The position numbers and the translations under genes are program-made. The notes below the pieces were generated by a model, which did not search any database, was not told where the DNA came from, and saw nothing but the letters and a program-made list of their open reading frames with translations. Source: Candidatus Dojkabacteria bacterium (GTDB lineage Bacteria; Patescibacteriota; Dojkabacteria; SC72). Taken from it: 64,000 nucleotides of DNA. Of the stretch, positions 37,079-46,507 are shown piece by piece. The DNA lies in contig JBMNHC010000001.1 of NCBI GenBank assembly GCA_050950165.1, positions 389,738-453,737 of the forward strand, written 5' to 3'. Each line of letters opens with the position of its first letter. Positions within the stretch are counted from its first letter, which is position 1.

Positions 37079-38865
37079 TGATTCAAATTAAAGAAGAAAT
37101 ATCAAAAAATCTTTTAGAAATACTAAAAGAACTAGGATCATCTCAAGACCAAGTAGTTGTAGAACTACCAGAGAATCTTCAATTTGGAGACCTTACCTCC
37201 AATATTGCTATGCAAATATCTAAAGAATTAAGAATCTCTCCACTCGAATTAGCAAAGGAAATATCTCAGAGATACCCTAAAGATGAATATGTAGAGAAAG
37301 TAGAAGTTGCAGGACCAGGCTTTCTAAACTTCTACCTTTCGGATAGATATCTAGTGGAGGATATAGAAGAGATCTGTTCTAAAGAGAAAAACCCTTTTCA
37401 GATAGATTTAAATATTGGACAGAGATATATGGTCGAATATACAGACCCTAACCCCTTTAAAATCTTCCATATAGGGCACCTCTATACCAATACAATAGGG
37501 GAAGCCTTTGCTCGACTCCTAGAGGCTCTAGGAGCCTCTGTATCCAGATCCAACTATCAAGGAGACGTAGGTTTACACGTTGCTAAAACAATGTACGGTT
37601 TAGAATTACTTTTTAATCAAGAAGAGATATCTTTTGAGGAACTAAGTAAAAGAAGTTTAATAGAAAAAGTAGAGTATTTAGGAGAAGCATATATATTAGG
37701 ATTCAATCACTACGATGACAAAAAAAGTGAAGAAGCAATCTCAAGAGTAAGAGATATTAACTACTACATATTCTCTCTTTACATTCCTACTTTAGAAAAG
37801 AAACCCTTCTTTGACGAATTCGATAATCTAGGAATGAAAGAATGGTATCTTAAAGGAAAAGATTGGTGTTTAGAATATTTCGAAAGAATTTACAGAAGAC
37901 TAGGTACCAAGTTCAACAACTATTATCTAGAAAGTGATATGAGTAATAAAGGGTTAAATCTTGTACTTGAGAATACCAAACCTAATGGCAAAGGCATATT
38001 CGAACAAGACCAAGGCTCTGTTATCTACAGAGCAGATGAATCTAAGGGATTACACACAAGAGTCTTTGTTAACAGTGATGGGCTTCCTACATATGAAGCA
38101 AAAGAGTTAGCCTTAGCTTTTCAAAAGTTTAATGATGAAGAACTCGATGAATCTATTACAATCACTGGAAACGAGCAAAGTGGTTACTTCAAAGTGGTTT
38201 TCGATGCCATCGAGCAATTACAACCTCAATTTGCTAAGAAGTCTAAACACTTCTCTCACGGTATGGTAAAGTTGCCTAATTCTCAAAAAATGTCTAGTAG
38301 AAAAGGAGAGATAATTGGTGGAGAATGGTTACTAAATGAAACAAGAGACGCTGTAAAAAAGTTAATGGAAGAGAGTAGCTCTGTAGTAGAAGGAGATATT
38401 GATGAAATTAGTGATAAGATTGCAGTAGCTGCAGTTAAATATTCCTTCTTAAAAGTATCTGTAGGTAAAGACCTAGTATTTGACTTGAATAAATCTATTA
38501 GCTTCGATGGCGATACAGGACCATACCTTCTCTATGTATATGCTAGGTGCAAATCTCTACTAGAAGGGCAAAGCTTTGACTGCTCAGGAAGTGATCTTAA
38601 TTTCAAAAACCCTCATATTAAAGACTTAGCCAGAGCTATTAGCAAGTACCGAGAGGTATTGCTAAGCTCTGCTCTTAATTACTCTCCAAATATACTATGC
38701 TCATATCTCTTCAATTTGGGGCAAGCATTTAACTCTCTTTATCAAAATGTAAGAATCTTAGACTCTCAAGAGAAAGAATCTCTCCTCTTACTTGTTAATG
38801 CTACTGCAGAGGTAATGAAGCATGGACTCTGCACACTAGGAATAGATGTTGTAGAGAGAATGTAG
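37079..38865 (+). CDS. argS: Arginyl-tRNA synthetase
   Basis: The N-terminal Arg_tRNA_synt_N region, HIGH-like PNPFKIFHIGHLYT, and class I catalytic and DALR-type anticodon-binding domains are present. The supplied ORF start (37027) lies inside the tRNA, so the first ATG after the tRNA (37079) is used. Confidence 0.85.
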
Positions 38866-38886
38866 TTAATTTCTCACTCTTAATCT

Positions 38887-39066
38887 ATGTTTTTTAAAAG
38901 ATATTGGATATTTTTCCTAGCAATATTTTACATATTTCTACCTACAGACCTAATACCAGATGCAATACCTTTTTTGGGTGGAGTAGATGACTCTTTACTA
39001 CTCATATTAGGATTAATTAAAAGGTATATAGAGTATAGGAAGGAGCAGAAAGAAGCCGGGGTGTAG
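38887..39066 (+). CDS. Small DUF1232/YkvA-like membrane protein (59 aa)
   Basis: MFFKRYWIFFLAIFYIFLPTDLIPDAIPFLGGVDDSLLLILGLIKRYIEYRKEQKEAGV contains the DUF1232 core DLIPDxIPxxGxxDD. It is not in the supplied track (under 60 aa). Its last 10 nt overlap the tRNA-Pro. Confidence 0.45.
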   Translation: MFFKRYWIFFLAIFYIFLPTDLIPDAIPFLGGVDDSLLLILGLIKRYIEYRKEQKEAGV

Positions 39067-39130
39067 TTCAGATGGCTAGAACGCTACGTTCGGGACGTAG
39101 AGGTCGCCTGTTCAAGTCAGGTCACCCCGA
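39057..39130 (+). tRNA. tRNA-Pro (anticodon CGG)
   Basis: Acceptor CGGGGUG/CACCCCG, D-arm GUUC-AGAUGGCUA-GAAC, anticodon stem CUACG/CGUAG, loop UUCGGGA with G37, T-arm GCCUG-UUCAAGU-CAGGU, discriminator A. Confidence 0.75.
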
Positions 39131-39359
39131 TATGTATAAGGGTCATATTTTTACCAAAACAAGTACAAAACTAGACATAGTATTCCGTATTTACGAACTC
39201 TCGCTTAAAAATACACAGAGCTGTGAAAGAATATTAAAGTAATTGTGTTATAGTGGTAATCCTAATCAGTGTGGAACATACTTAAAACTAAAGTTTAAAG
39301 TTGCAATCCTTCTGTATACAATATATACTTCTCCACCCTCTAATTTATTCTAAAATAGT

Positions 39360-39848
39360 ATGGAAGATTTAAACCAAAAGTTTAATTTTATAATAGTAGG
39401 AAATTCTACTGGTAAGAATAAATTTATCCAAGAACTATTCAATGAAGCCAATATACAGCCTACTATGATAGTAAAAGGAGAACATTGGCTTAGAACAATC
39501 TCTAGCGTACTAAAAACATACAAAGAGAGGAAACTACCTGTAATATTTCTTGACGAGAAATTTGGAGGAGACCAATTAGATACAGGCTCTTCAATATATG
39601 CAACCTTAATAGGACGAACAGATGATAAAGGAGGGATTCTTTTCCCCATATCCCCATTTAGAGAATTACAGTTGGAGAAATGGGCTGAGGAGGATGAGAA
39701 ATATAAAAGAGAAGAACAAGGTAAATGGTATATTGCAAAAGAACTAGATCCCTTCTTGGGCAATCTTACTATAGAGAACATTAAAGAGGTATGTAATACT
39801 TATCTAGAAGGAGAAAATGAGTATAGATTGGAGATAGAAAAAGAGTAA
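39360..39848 (+). CDS. Hypothetical protein (162 aa)
   Basis: The supplied + ORF has a protein-like composition. The overlapping minus ORF 39350..39781 is Ser/Leu-rich and looks like antisense. Confidence 0.45.
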   Translation: MEDLNQKFNFIIVGNSTGKNKFIQELFNEANIQPTMIVKGEHWLRTISSVLKTYKERKLPVIFLDEKFGGDQLDTGSSIYATLIGRTDDKGGILFPISPFRELQLEKWAEEDEKYKREEQGKWYIAKELDPFLGNLTIENIKEVCNTYLEGENEYRLEIEKE

Positions 39849-39922
39849 TCCCTCTATTGCGAAGCTACCCCCTTTGATATATCATAAAAAAATAAACGAA
39901 TAAGTTTAGTAACTACTGCCCA

Positions 39923-41293
39923 ATGGCTGTTCAGTTTAACTTTCTTGCTCCAAAGGGTTGGAAACCTAAGAATCCAGATAAAGACTACCTTATCACCTAC
40001 CTAGATATTGAATTAGCAGATGGAATAGGTGATGACAAGTTTAAAGATGCGGTTGCAAGTTGTGCAGCAGAGAGCTCTACTGGTACTTGGACAGAGGTTT
40101 TTGCTGGTAAAAATTCTGGTATTAAGATTGCAGAGAAACTGAAAGCAATTGCGTATGATTTAGATCCTAAAACTAAGACCTTTAAGATAGCCTACAAGAA
40201 AGAACTCTTTGAAGAAGGTAATATGGCAGGAATACTTGCTGGAGTAGCGGGTAATATCGATAGCATGAAGATGCTAAAAGCTTTTAGATTGATAGATATT
40301 AGGTTCCCTGAGAGTATAGTTAAGAGCTTTCCTGGTCCACAATTTGGGATATCAGGAGTTAGAGAGTTTCTAGATATTAAGAGTGGTCCCTTACTTTGTA
40401 CTGTACCTAAGCCTAAGGTAGGTAGAACTGCTAAAGAACAAGCAGAATTAGCTAAAATCCTCTTTACTGCAGGTGGTGGAGGATATCACGGTATTAAGGA
40501 CGATGAAAATCTAACAGATCTGTATTTTAATAGATTTAAGGAGAGATGTAAGAGAGTACATGCTGTAAGAAGAGATATTGAGAAGAAAAGTGGTAAGAAA
40601 AAATTCTACCTCTGTAACGTTACACATTCAGACCTTGATATTATGATGGATAGGGCAGAGATGATAGCAAATGAAGGTGGAAGGTGGATGATGTTGGATG
40701 TTGTTACAACAGGATTTAGTGCAGTACAAACGATGAGAAAATATAGTCCAGGGCTCGCTATTCATGCACATAGAGCTATGCACGGACTTCTAGACAGAGA
40801 GTCCGGTCCTGGTGTGTATGATAAAGGTGAGATATTAGATTTCTCTATGTCTATGGTCGTTATCGCAAAAATCATGAGACTACTAGGTGTAGACTCTCTA
40901 CATGGTGGAGCACCTAAGACAAAGATGGAGAACTACGGAGAGCCCAAATTAGTGCAAGAAACCTTACAATTGGATATTACACCAGAAGGTCCATTAACTT
41001 TAGGTCAGAATTGGTATGGTATGAAAGGTGTTTGGCATACAGCATCAGGAGGCTTACATGCAGGGACCGTAGGAGATTCAATTGTTCAACTTGGTGAGGA
41101 TATTATAATCCAGTCAGGAGGAGGTGTTTTAGGTCATCCATGGGGTATAGAGGCTGGTGTAGAAGCAATTGTACAAGCTACGAATATTGCAATGGAGAGA
41201 GGCGATATTAAGAAATGGATTCTTGATCATCCAGATTCAGCATTAGCTAAAGCTGCTGGACATTGGGGATTTGATCCTAGAATTGTCTATTAA
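39923..41293 (+). CDS. rbcL: RuBisCO large-subunit homologue, form II/III or III-like, with all catalytic residues conserved
   Basis: Motifs KPKVG (K175/K177 equivalents), GGGYHGIKDDEN (carbamylated-Lys KDDE), IHAHRAMHG, SGGLHAG and GGGVLGHPWG are all present, in 456 aa. Confidence 0.85.
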   Translation: MAVQFNFLAPKGWKPKNPDKDYLITYLDIELADGIGDDKFKDAVASCAAESSTGTWTEVFAGKNSGIKIAEKLKAIAYDLDPKTKTFKIAYKKELFEEGNMAGILAGVAGNIDSMKMLKAFRLIDIRFPESIVKSFPGPQFGISGVREFLDIKSGPLLCTVPKPKVGRTAKEQAELAKILFTAGGGGYHGIKDDENLTDLYFNRFKERCKRVHAVRRDIEKKSGKKKFYLCNVTHSDLDIMMDRAEMIANEGGRWMMLDVVTTGFSAVQTMRKYSPGLAIHAHRAMHGLLDRESGPGVYDKGEILDFSMSMVVIAKIMRLLGVDSLHGGAPKTKMENYGEPKLVQETLQLDITPEGPLTLGQNWYGMKGVWHTASGGLHAGTVGDSIVQLGEDIIIQSGGGVLGHPWGIEAGVEAIVQATNIAMERGDIKKWILDHPDSALAKAAGHWGFDPRIVY

Positions 41294-41321
41294 CCCAATA
41301 TTGATGTAAAATACTTGTACT

Positions 41322-42788
41322 ATGTCAAACAGAGGAATAACACCAAGAAATGAAAACTACTCTAAATGGTACTTAGATATTGTAGAAGCAGCGCAGCTAG
41401 CAGAGAACTCATCTGTTAGAGGTTGTATGGTAATTAAACCGTATGGGTTTGCAATATGGGAAAACATACAAAAAGAGCTAGATAGAAGAATTAAAGAAAG
41501 TGGAGTAAGTAATGCATATTTTCCTCTTTTCATACCTCTTTCATTTCTTTCTAAAGAAGCAGATCATGTAAAAGGCTTTGCAAAAGAGTGTGCAGTTGTC
41601 ACACATTACAGATTAAAAGAGTCAGATGATGGTAGTGGTGTTGTTGCAGATCCAGATGCTAAGTTAGAGGAGGAGCTAGTTGTTAGACCTACTTCTGAAA
41701 CCATAATGTACGACACATTTTCTAGATGGATATCCTCATGGCGAGATCTACCTCTTAAAATTAACCAGTGGGCAAATATTGTTAGATGGGAGAAAAGAAC
41801 TAGAGTATTTTTAAGAACATCAGAATTTTTGTGGCAAGAAGGTCATACAGTACACGCTACAGAGCAAGAAGCAAAAGCAGAAGTACTAAGAGCATTAAAT
41901 ATGTATGTAGACTTTGCTAAAGAAGTACTAGCATTAGATGTATATTCAGGCAAAAAGTCAGAATCTGAGAAATTTGCAGGTGCAGTAGATACATATGGAG
42001 TAGAAGCTCTAATGCAAGACGGTAAAGCACTCCAGTTTGGGACATCTCATGACCTTGGACAGAATTTTGCAAAGGTATTTAATATCTCTTTTACAGACAG
42101 TGATGGCGAAAGAAAACTTCCATGGCAGACAAGTTGGGGAGTCAGTACAAGAATGATGGGAGGAATAGTGATGACTCATAGTGATGATTCTGGATTAGTT
42201 CTTCCTCCTAGAATTGCCCCTATAAAAGTAGTAATAATTCCAATATACAAGGATGAAAATAAGGAAGAGATTTTAAAATACTCAAGAGAGATTTACGAGA
42301 GACTTTTGGCAACAAACAAGGATGTAAAATTAGACGATAGAGATTTTCTCTCTCCTGGATCTAAGTACAACGAGTGGGAGAAGAAGGGGATACCTCTTAG
42401 AGTAGAGGTTGGAGCTAGGGAGTTAGAGTCTAATGAGGTCTGTGTAGTCAGAAGAGATAATGGTGAGCGAAGTAATTTCTTGACAGAGAGAGTAGGTGAG
42501 GAAATAGCGATATTACTAGATAAAATGCAAGAAGATCTTCTTAAAAACTCTTCTGAAATGCTTAAGAACAAAACATCTCAACCTTCTTCTTACGATGAAT
42601 TTAAAGAGATTCTAAGTAACGAAAAGGGCTTCATTAAAGCCTTTTGGTGTGGTAGCAAGGAGTGCGAAGAGAGTATTAAATATGAGACTAAAGCTACTAC
42701 CAGATGCCTAGCAGAACAATCAGAAGGTAGATGTATATATTGTAATCAACCAGCCAAACAGAAATGGCTATTTGCAATATCATATTAG
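41322..42788 (+). CDS. proS: Prolyl-tRNA synthetase, archaeal/eukaryotic-type (class II) with C-terminal zinc-binding extension ending in Tyr
   Basis: Class II motifs are present. The C-terminus has CxxC...CxxC (CGSKECEE...CIYCNQ) and ends ...WLFAISY, matching the terminal Tyr characteristic of archaeal-type ProRS. Confidence 0.8.
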   Translation: MSNRGITPRNENYSKWYLDIVEAAQLAENSSVRGCMVIKPYGFAIWENIQKELDRRIKESGVSNAYFPLFIPLSFLSKEADHVKGFAKECAVVTHYRLKESDDGSGVVADPDAKLEEELVVRPTSETIMYDTFSRWISSWRDLPLKINQWANIVRWEKRTRVFLRTSEFLWQEGHTVHATEQEAKAEVLRALNMYVDFAKEVLALDVYSGKKSESEKFAGAVDTYGVEALMQDGKALQFGTSHDLGQNFAKVFNISFTDSDGERKLPWQTSWGVSTRMMGGIVMTHSDDSGLVLPPRIAPIKVVIIPIYKDENKEEILKYSREIYERLLATNKDVKLDDRDFLSPGSKYNEWEKKGIPLRVEVGARELESNEVCVVRRDNGERSNFLTERVGEEIAILLDKMQEDLLKNSSEMLKNKTSQPSSYDEFKEILSNEKGFIKAFWCGSKECEESIKYETKATTRCLAEQSEGRCIYCNQPAKQKWLFAISY

Positions 42789-43044
42789 TGAAACCATTGG
42801 CAATTTCGTAATTCCAAAATTCCTCGCTTTGTTTTCACTTGTTGAACTCTACAAAACAAAATATTGAACACCATCTCTGAAATACCCTATTAACAAAGTT
42901 TATAAAAACGTCATCAAAATGTATACTCTCATATTTCAGTCCTCTTGGGAAAGCTAGGTAGCAATTTAAACACAGAAGTTTCACTGTTGTAAGTTGTTAA
43001 TGATACAGGGTATAATAGAGAATAAAATATTAAAGACTATCGCT

Positions 43045-43470
43045 ATGGAGATAGAGAGAAGAGAGTCTTTAGATGAGAGGGAGAAAGAGTGCTTGGTGTA
43101 TAGTTACGAGATTGTAAGAGCTGCTATTCAGAATGGTTGGAGAATTAAAATATTTCAAAGAGATGTTAACTTAAAATATCTGTATTCAATACTCTTGGAT
43201 ATAGAGATTGATCCTGATGCATTTTTCTCCTTCAAAGAGTTTTCTTCTAGAGAGAATGTTTTTAGTGCATATGATTGGGCTAGGGAAGTTCAGAAAACAG
43301 CCTCCGAAAAGTATGGGCTAGAGTGTAGGAATCTTACCGAAGCACTTAGTACTTTAGATATTGCGTATAAGGAAGATAATGAACCTTGGGAAGTATTTTC
43401 TAATAAAGAATTAGTAGATGTGGAGATAGAGTGTAGTAATATGATAAAAAAGATATATTCTTTAGAGTAA
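43045..43470 (+). CDS. Hypothetical protein (141 aa from the proposed start)
   Basis: The supplied ORF begins at a TTG (42994). An extended -10 GGGTATAAT (43008-43016) lies inside that extension, so the ATG at 43045 (MEIERRESLDE...) is the more likely start. Confidence 0.4.
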   Translation: MEIERRESLDEREKECLVYSYEIVRAAIQNGWRIKIFQRDVNLKYLYSILLDIEIDPDAFFSFKEFSSRENVFSAYDWAREVQKTASEKYGLECRNLTEALSTLDIAYKEDNEPWEVFSNKELVDVEIECSNMIKKIYSLE

Positions 43471-46323
43471 TTTTTTCTTTAACCACTGACCAGTCCAACT
43501 ATTCTTGTTCTCGATGATATCCTCTACAGTACCCTGAGCAACTATCTCACCACCCCTGTCTCCTCCTTCTGGACCAAGATCAATAATCCAATCTGCGTAT
43601 CTAACGATATCTAAGTTGTGCTCAATGATAACAACTGTATTACCCTTAGAAACTAGTTTCTTAACTAAAGTTAACAACTTATCTATATCATAGAAGTGAA
43701 GTCCTGTAGTAGGTTCATCTAGAATGTATAGCGTATGTCCTCTAGTTTGTTTAGAAAGCTCCTTAGCTAACTTAATCCTCTGCGATTCTCCACCAGAGAG
43801 TGTAAGAGCAGATTGTCCAAGACAGATATATCCAAGCCCGACCTCTTGTAAAACTTTTAACTTGTTTCTTAAAATTGGAATATCCTTGAAGAATAGTAGG
43901 GCATTATCTACAGTCATTTCCAATATATCTGCAATATTTTTCCCTTTATAATCAATACTTAATGCATCACTATTATATCTTTTACCCTTACATTCATCAC
44001 AAAGGATATACATATCAGGTAAAAATTGCATTTCTACCTTAATCTGTCCATCTCCCTTACACTTCTCGCACCTTCCCCCCTTAATATTAAAGCTAAATCT
44101 ACCCGGTTTATACCCTCTTGCTCTAGCCTCCTGAGTTTGCGAAAAGATAGTCCTGATATATGTAAATAGCCCTGTATATGTAGCTGGATTAGACCTTGGA
44201 GTCTTTCCAATGGGTCTCTGATCAATTCCTATCACTTTATTAATATTATCTTGCCCTTCAATACCATCATACTCTCCCTCTATCTGTTTACCATGCATTT
44301 TAATGTTCATCAGAGCAGGATAGAGGGTATCGTTAATCAATGAGGATTTACCACTACCTGAAACACCAGTGATACAGGTTAGTGTATTGAGCGGAATACC
44401 AACATCTATATTTTTTAAGTTGTGAGTTCTTACTCCATTAATCTTAAGGATCTTTTTCTCAGGAGATATTAAAAATTTCTCCTCTTTTATATTCAGTCCT
44501 ACCCTAAGAGTTTTCTGCAAGTATTTGGCAGTCAGAGAGCCGCTTTGCTTAACCTTATTTATATCTCCCTCTACTACAACTTCTCCACCCTGATCTCCTG
44601 CTTTCGGCCCTATATCTACTATCCAATCTGCTCTGTTCATTGTCTCCTCATCATGCTCTACAACTATAACTGTATTACCACTATCTCTTAAAGATTCAAT
44701 GGATATCAGAAGCTTATCTATATCTCTAGGGTGGAGCCCGATTGAAGGCTCATCTAGGACATAGAGAACTCCTGAAAGCCCTGTCCCTATCTGCGAAGCT
44801 AAACGAATTCTTTGAGATTCACCACCTGAGAGAGTATTTGCTCTACGAGAGAGTGTAATATATGTTAATCCAACATTAGAGAGAAACTCTAATCTATTGT
44901 CTATCTCTTTTAATATCGGCTTAGCAATCTCTTTATCATTACCTTTTAAATTTAAGTTCTTTAAATATGTTTTTAATGTCTCTATATTCAAATTAGTCAT
45001 CTGAATAATGTTGTAATCTCCTACTGTTACACCAAGAGAGTAAGCCTTTAGCCTATTACCATGACACATATCACAAGTTCTTTCTGTCATGAACTTCTCA
45101 ATCTCAGCACGTCTAAATTCCGAATCTGTTTCTTTGTAAAGCCTTTTAAGCTCATCTACAACCCCTTCATATTGAGTATCATATATTCTCTCTCTACCAA
45201 ACCTATTTGTATATCTAATTCTGTACGACTCTTTTGCTCCCTTTGTAAAGAAAATGAGGTTGAAAATCTCCTCAGGATATTTTCCAATTGGAGTTTTAAA
45301 ATCAAAGTAATGTTCTTTAGCTACTGCATCTAGTACCCTTTTTGTCCAAGAATCCTTTGTAGTTTTATTCCCCCAAGGAAATATTCCTCCCTCATCGATT
45401 GTTAAATTAGGATTATATATCTTAGATATATCTATCTCGTTAAGAATTCCTAGTCCAGAGCACTTAGGGCATGCACCTTCAGGAGCATTAAATGAAAAGG
45501 AGGCAGGAGATATCTTAGGAAAGGAGAGCTCACATTTAAAACAGGTATTTTTCTCTGAAAAGAAGTACTCTTTATCCTCTATCTTTACTTTAATTTCTCC
45601 ATCACTAAGAGAAGCAGAAAGCTCTACAGAGTCAGTAAGTCTTTTTAAGAACGAACTTCTATCCTCCTTTAGCATTCGGCTTGTTAATCTGTCAACCAGT
45701 AGATCTATATGATGCTTAACATTAGAATTGATATTTAAATCTTCTACATCATCTAGGTGGTAGAGATTCCCATCAATTATTACTCTAGAAAAACCCTTAA
45801 GTTGTAATCTAGAGAGTAAACCCTTGTATTCTCCCTTTCTACCCTTAACAAGAGGCGCTAATATTTGAAATTTGTACTCCCCTTTGGATACTCTTTTTAC
45901 AATCTGTTTGACTATTTCCTGAATACTTTGTGAAGAAATTAGTGTTCCACAGTTTGGACAGTGTGCTTTCCCTATATGCCCAAACAACAATCTGAGGTAT
46001 CCGTAAATCTCTGTAATGGTACCTACCGTGGAACGAGGGTTCGTACTAGTAGTTTTTTGATCAATTGATATCGAAGGAGAGAGACCTGTGATTGAATCTA
46101 CATCTGGTTTATGCATTAAACCAAGAAACTGTCTTGCATATGAGGAGAGTGACTCAACATATCTTCTTTGCCCTTCAGCGTAGAGAGTATCGAAAGCTAG
46201 TGAAGATTTTCCACTACCTGAAACTCCCGTAAATACAATTAATTTGTTTTTTGGAAGATTAAGAGAGACATTTTTCAAGTTATGCTCTCTTGCTCCCTTA
46301 ATTTTTATATATTCTTGTTCCAT
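43462..46323 (-). CDS. uvrA: Excinuclease ABC subunit A
   Basis: Two ABC ATPase modules (GVSGSGKSSL twice, LSGGE signature motifs twice) and zinc fingers (CPNCG, CPKCSGLG, CEKCKGDG), in 953 aa. Confidence 0.9.
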   Translation of the reverse strand: MEQEYIKIKGAREHNLKNVSLNLPKNKLIVFTGVSGSGKSSLAFDTLYAEGQRRYVESLSSYARQFLGLMHKPDVDSITGLSPSISIDQKTTSTNPRSTVGTITEIYGYLRLLFGHIGKAHCPNCGTLISSQSIQEIVKQIVKRVSKGEYKFQILAPLVKGRKGEYKGLLSRLQLKGFSRVIIDGNLYHLDDVEDLNINSNVKHHIDLLVDRLTSRMLKEDRSSFLKRLTDSVELSASLSDGEIKVKIEDKEYFFSEKNTCFKCELSFPKISPASFSFNAPEGACPKCSGLGILNEIDISKIYNPNLTIDEGGIFPWGNKTTKDSWTKRVLDAVAKEHYFDFKTPIGKYPEEIFNLIFFTKGAKESYRIRYTNRFGRERIYDTQYEGVVDELKRLYKETDSEFRRAEIEKFMTERTCDMCHGNRLKAYSLGVTVGDYNIIQMTNLNIETLKTYLKNLNLKGNDKEIAKPILKEIDNRLEFLSNVGLTYITLSRRANTLSGGESQRIRLASQIGTGLSGVLYVLDEPSIGLHPRDIDKLLISIESLRDSGNTVIVVEHDEETMNRADWIVDIGPKAGDQGGEVVVEGDINKVKQSGSLTAKYLQKTLRVGLNIKEEKFLISPEKKILKINGVRTHNLKNIDVGIPLNTLTCITGVSGSGKSSLINDTLYPALMNIKMHGKQIEGEYDGIEGQDNINKVIGIDQRPIGKTPRSNPATYTGLFTYIRTIFSQTQEARARGYKPGRFSFNIKGGRCEKCKGDGQIKVEMQFLPDMYILCDECKGKRYNSDALSIDYKGKNIADILEMTVDNALLFFKDIPILRNKLKVLQEVGLGYICLGQSALTLSGGESQRIKLAKELSKQTRGHTLYILDEPTTGLHFYDIDKLLTLVKKLVSKGNTVVIIEHNLDIVRYADWIIDLGPEGGDRGGEIVAQGTVEDIIENKNSWTGQWLKKKLL

Positions 46324-46417
46324 GCAACCCTTATTATACCACTATATCTCCAAATTAAAGAATTCATACCATTATTTAACGATTAAGCCTTGGATGGTAT
46401 AATGGGGGCGGAAAAAT

Positions 46418-46491
46418 GCACCCGTAGCTCAATTGGATAGAGCAACGCACTCCTAACGCGTAGGTTACTGGTTCGATTCCGGTCGGGTGCG
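46418..46491 (+). tRNA. tRNA-Arg (anticodon CCU)
   Basis: Acceptor GCACCCG/CGGGUGC, anticodon loop CUCCUAA (U33, A37), T-arm ACUGG-UUCGAUU-CCGGU, discriminator G. An extended -10 tggtataat (46395-46403) lies upstream. There is an A31:C39 mismatch in the anticodon stem. Confidence 0.65.
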
Positions 46492-46507
46492 TATTAGGGT
46501 ATAATGT

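Noticed and set aside
39350-39781. 143-aa minus-strand ORF overlapping + ORF 39360..39848
   Set aside because: The Ser/Leu-rich low-complexity product looks like the antisense shadow of the + strand gene.
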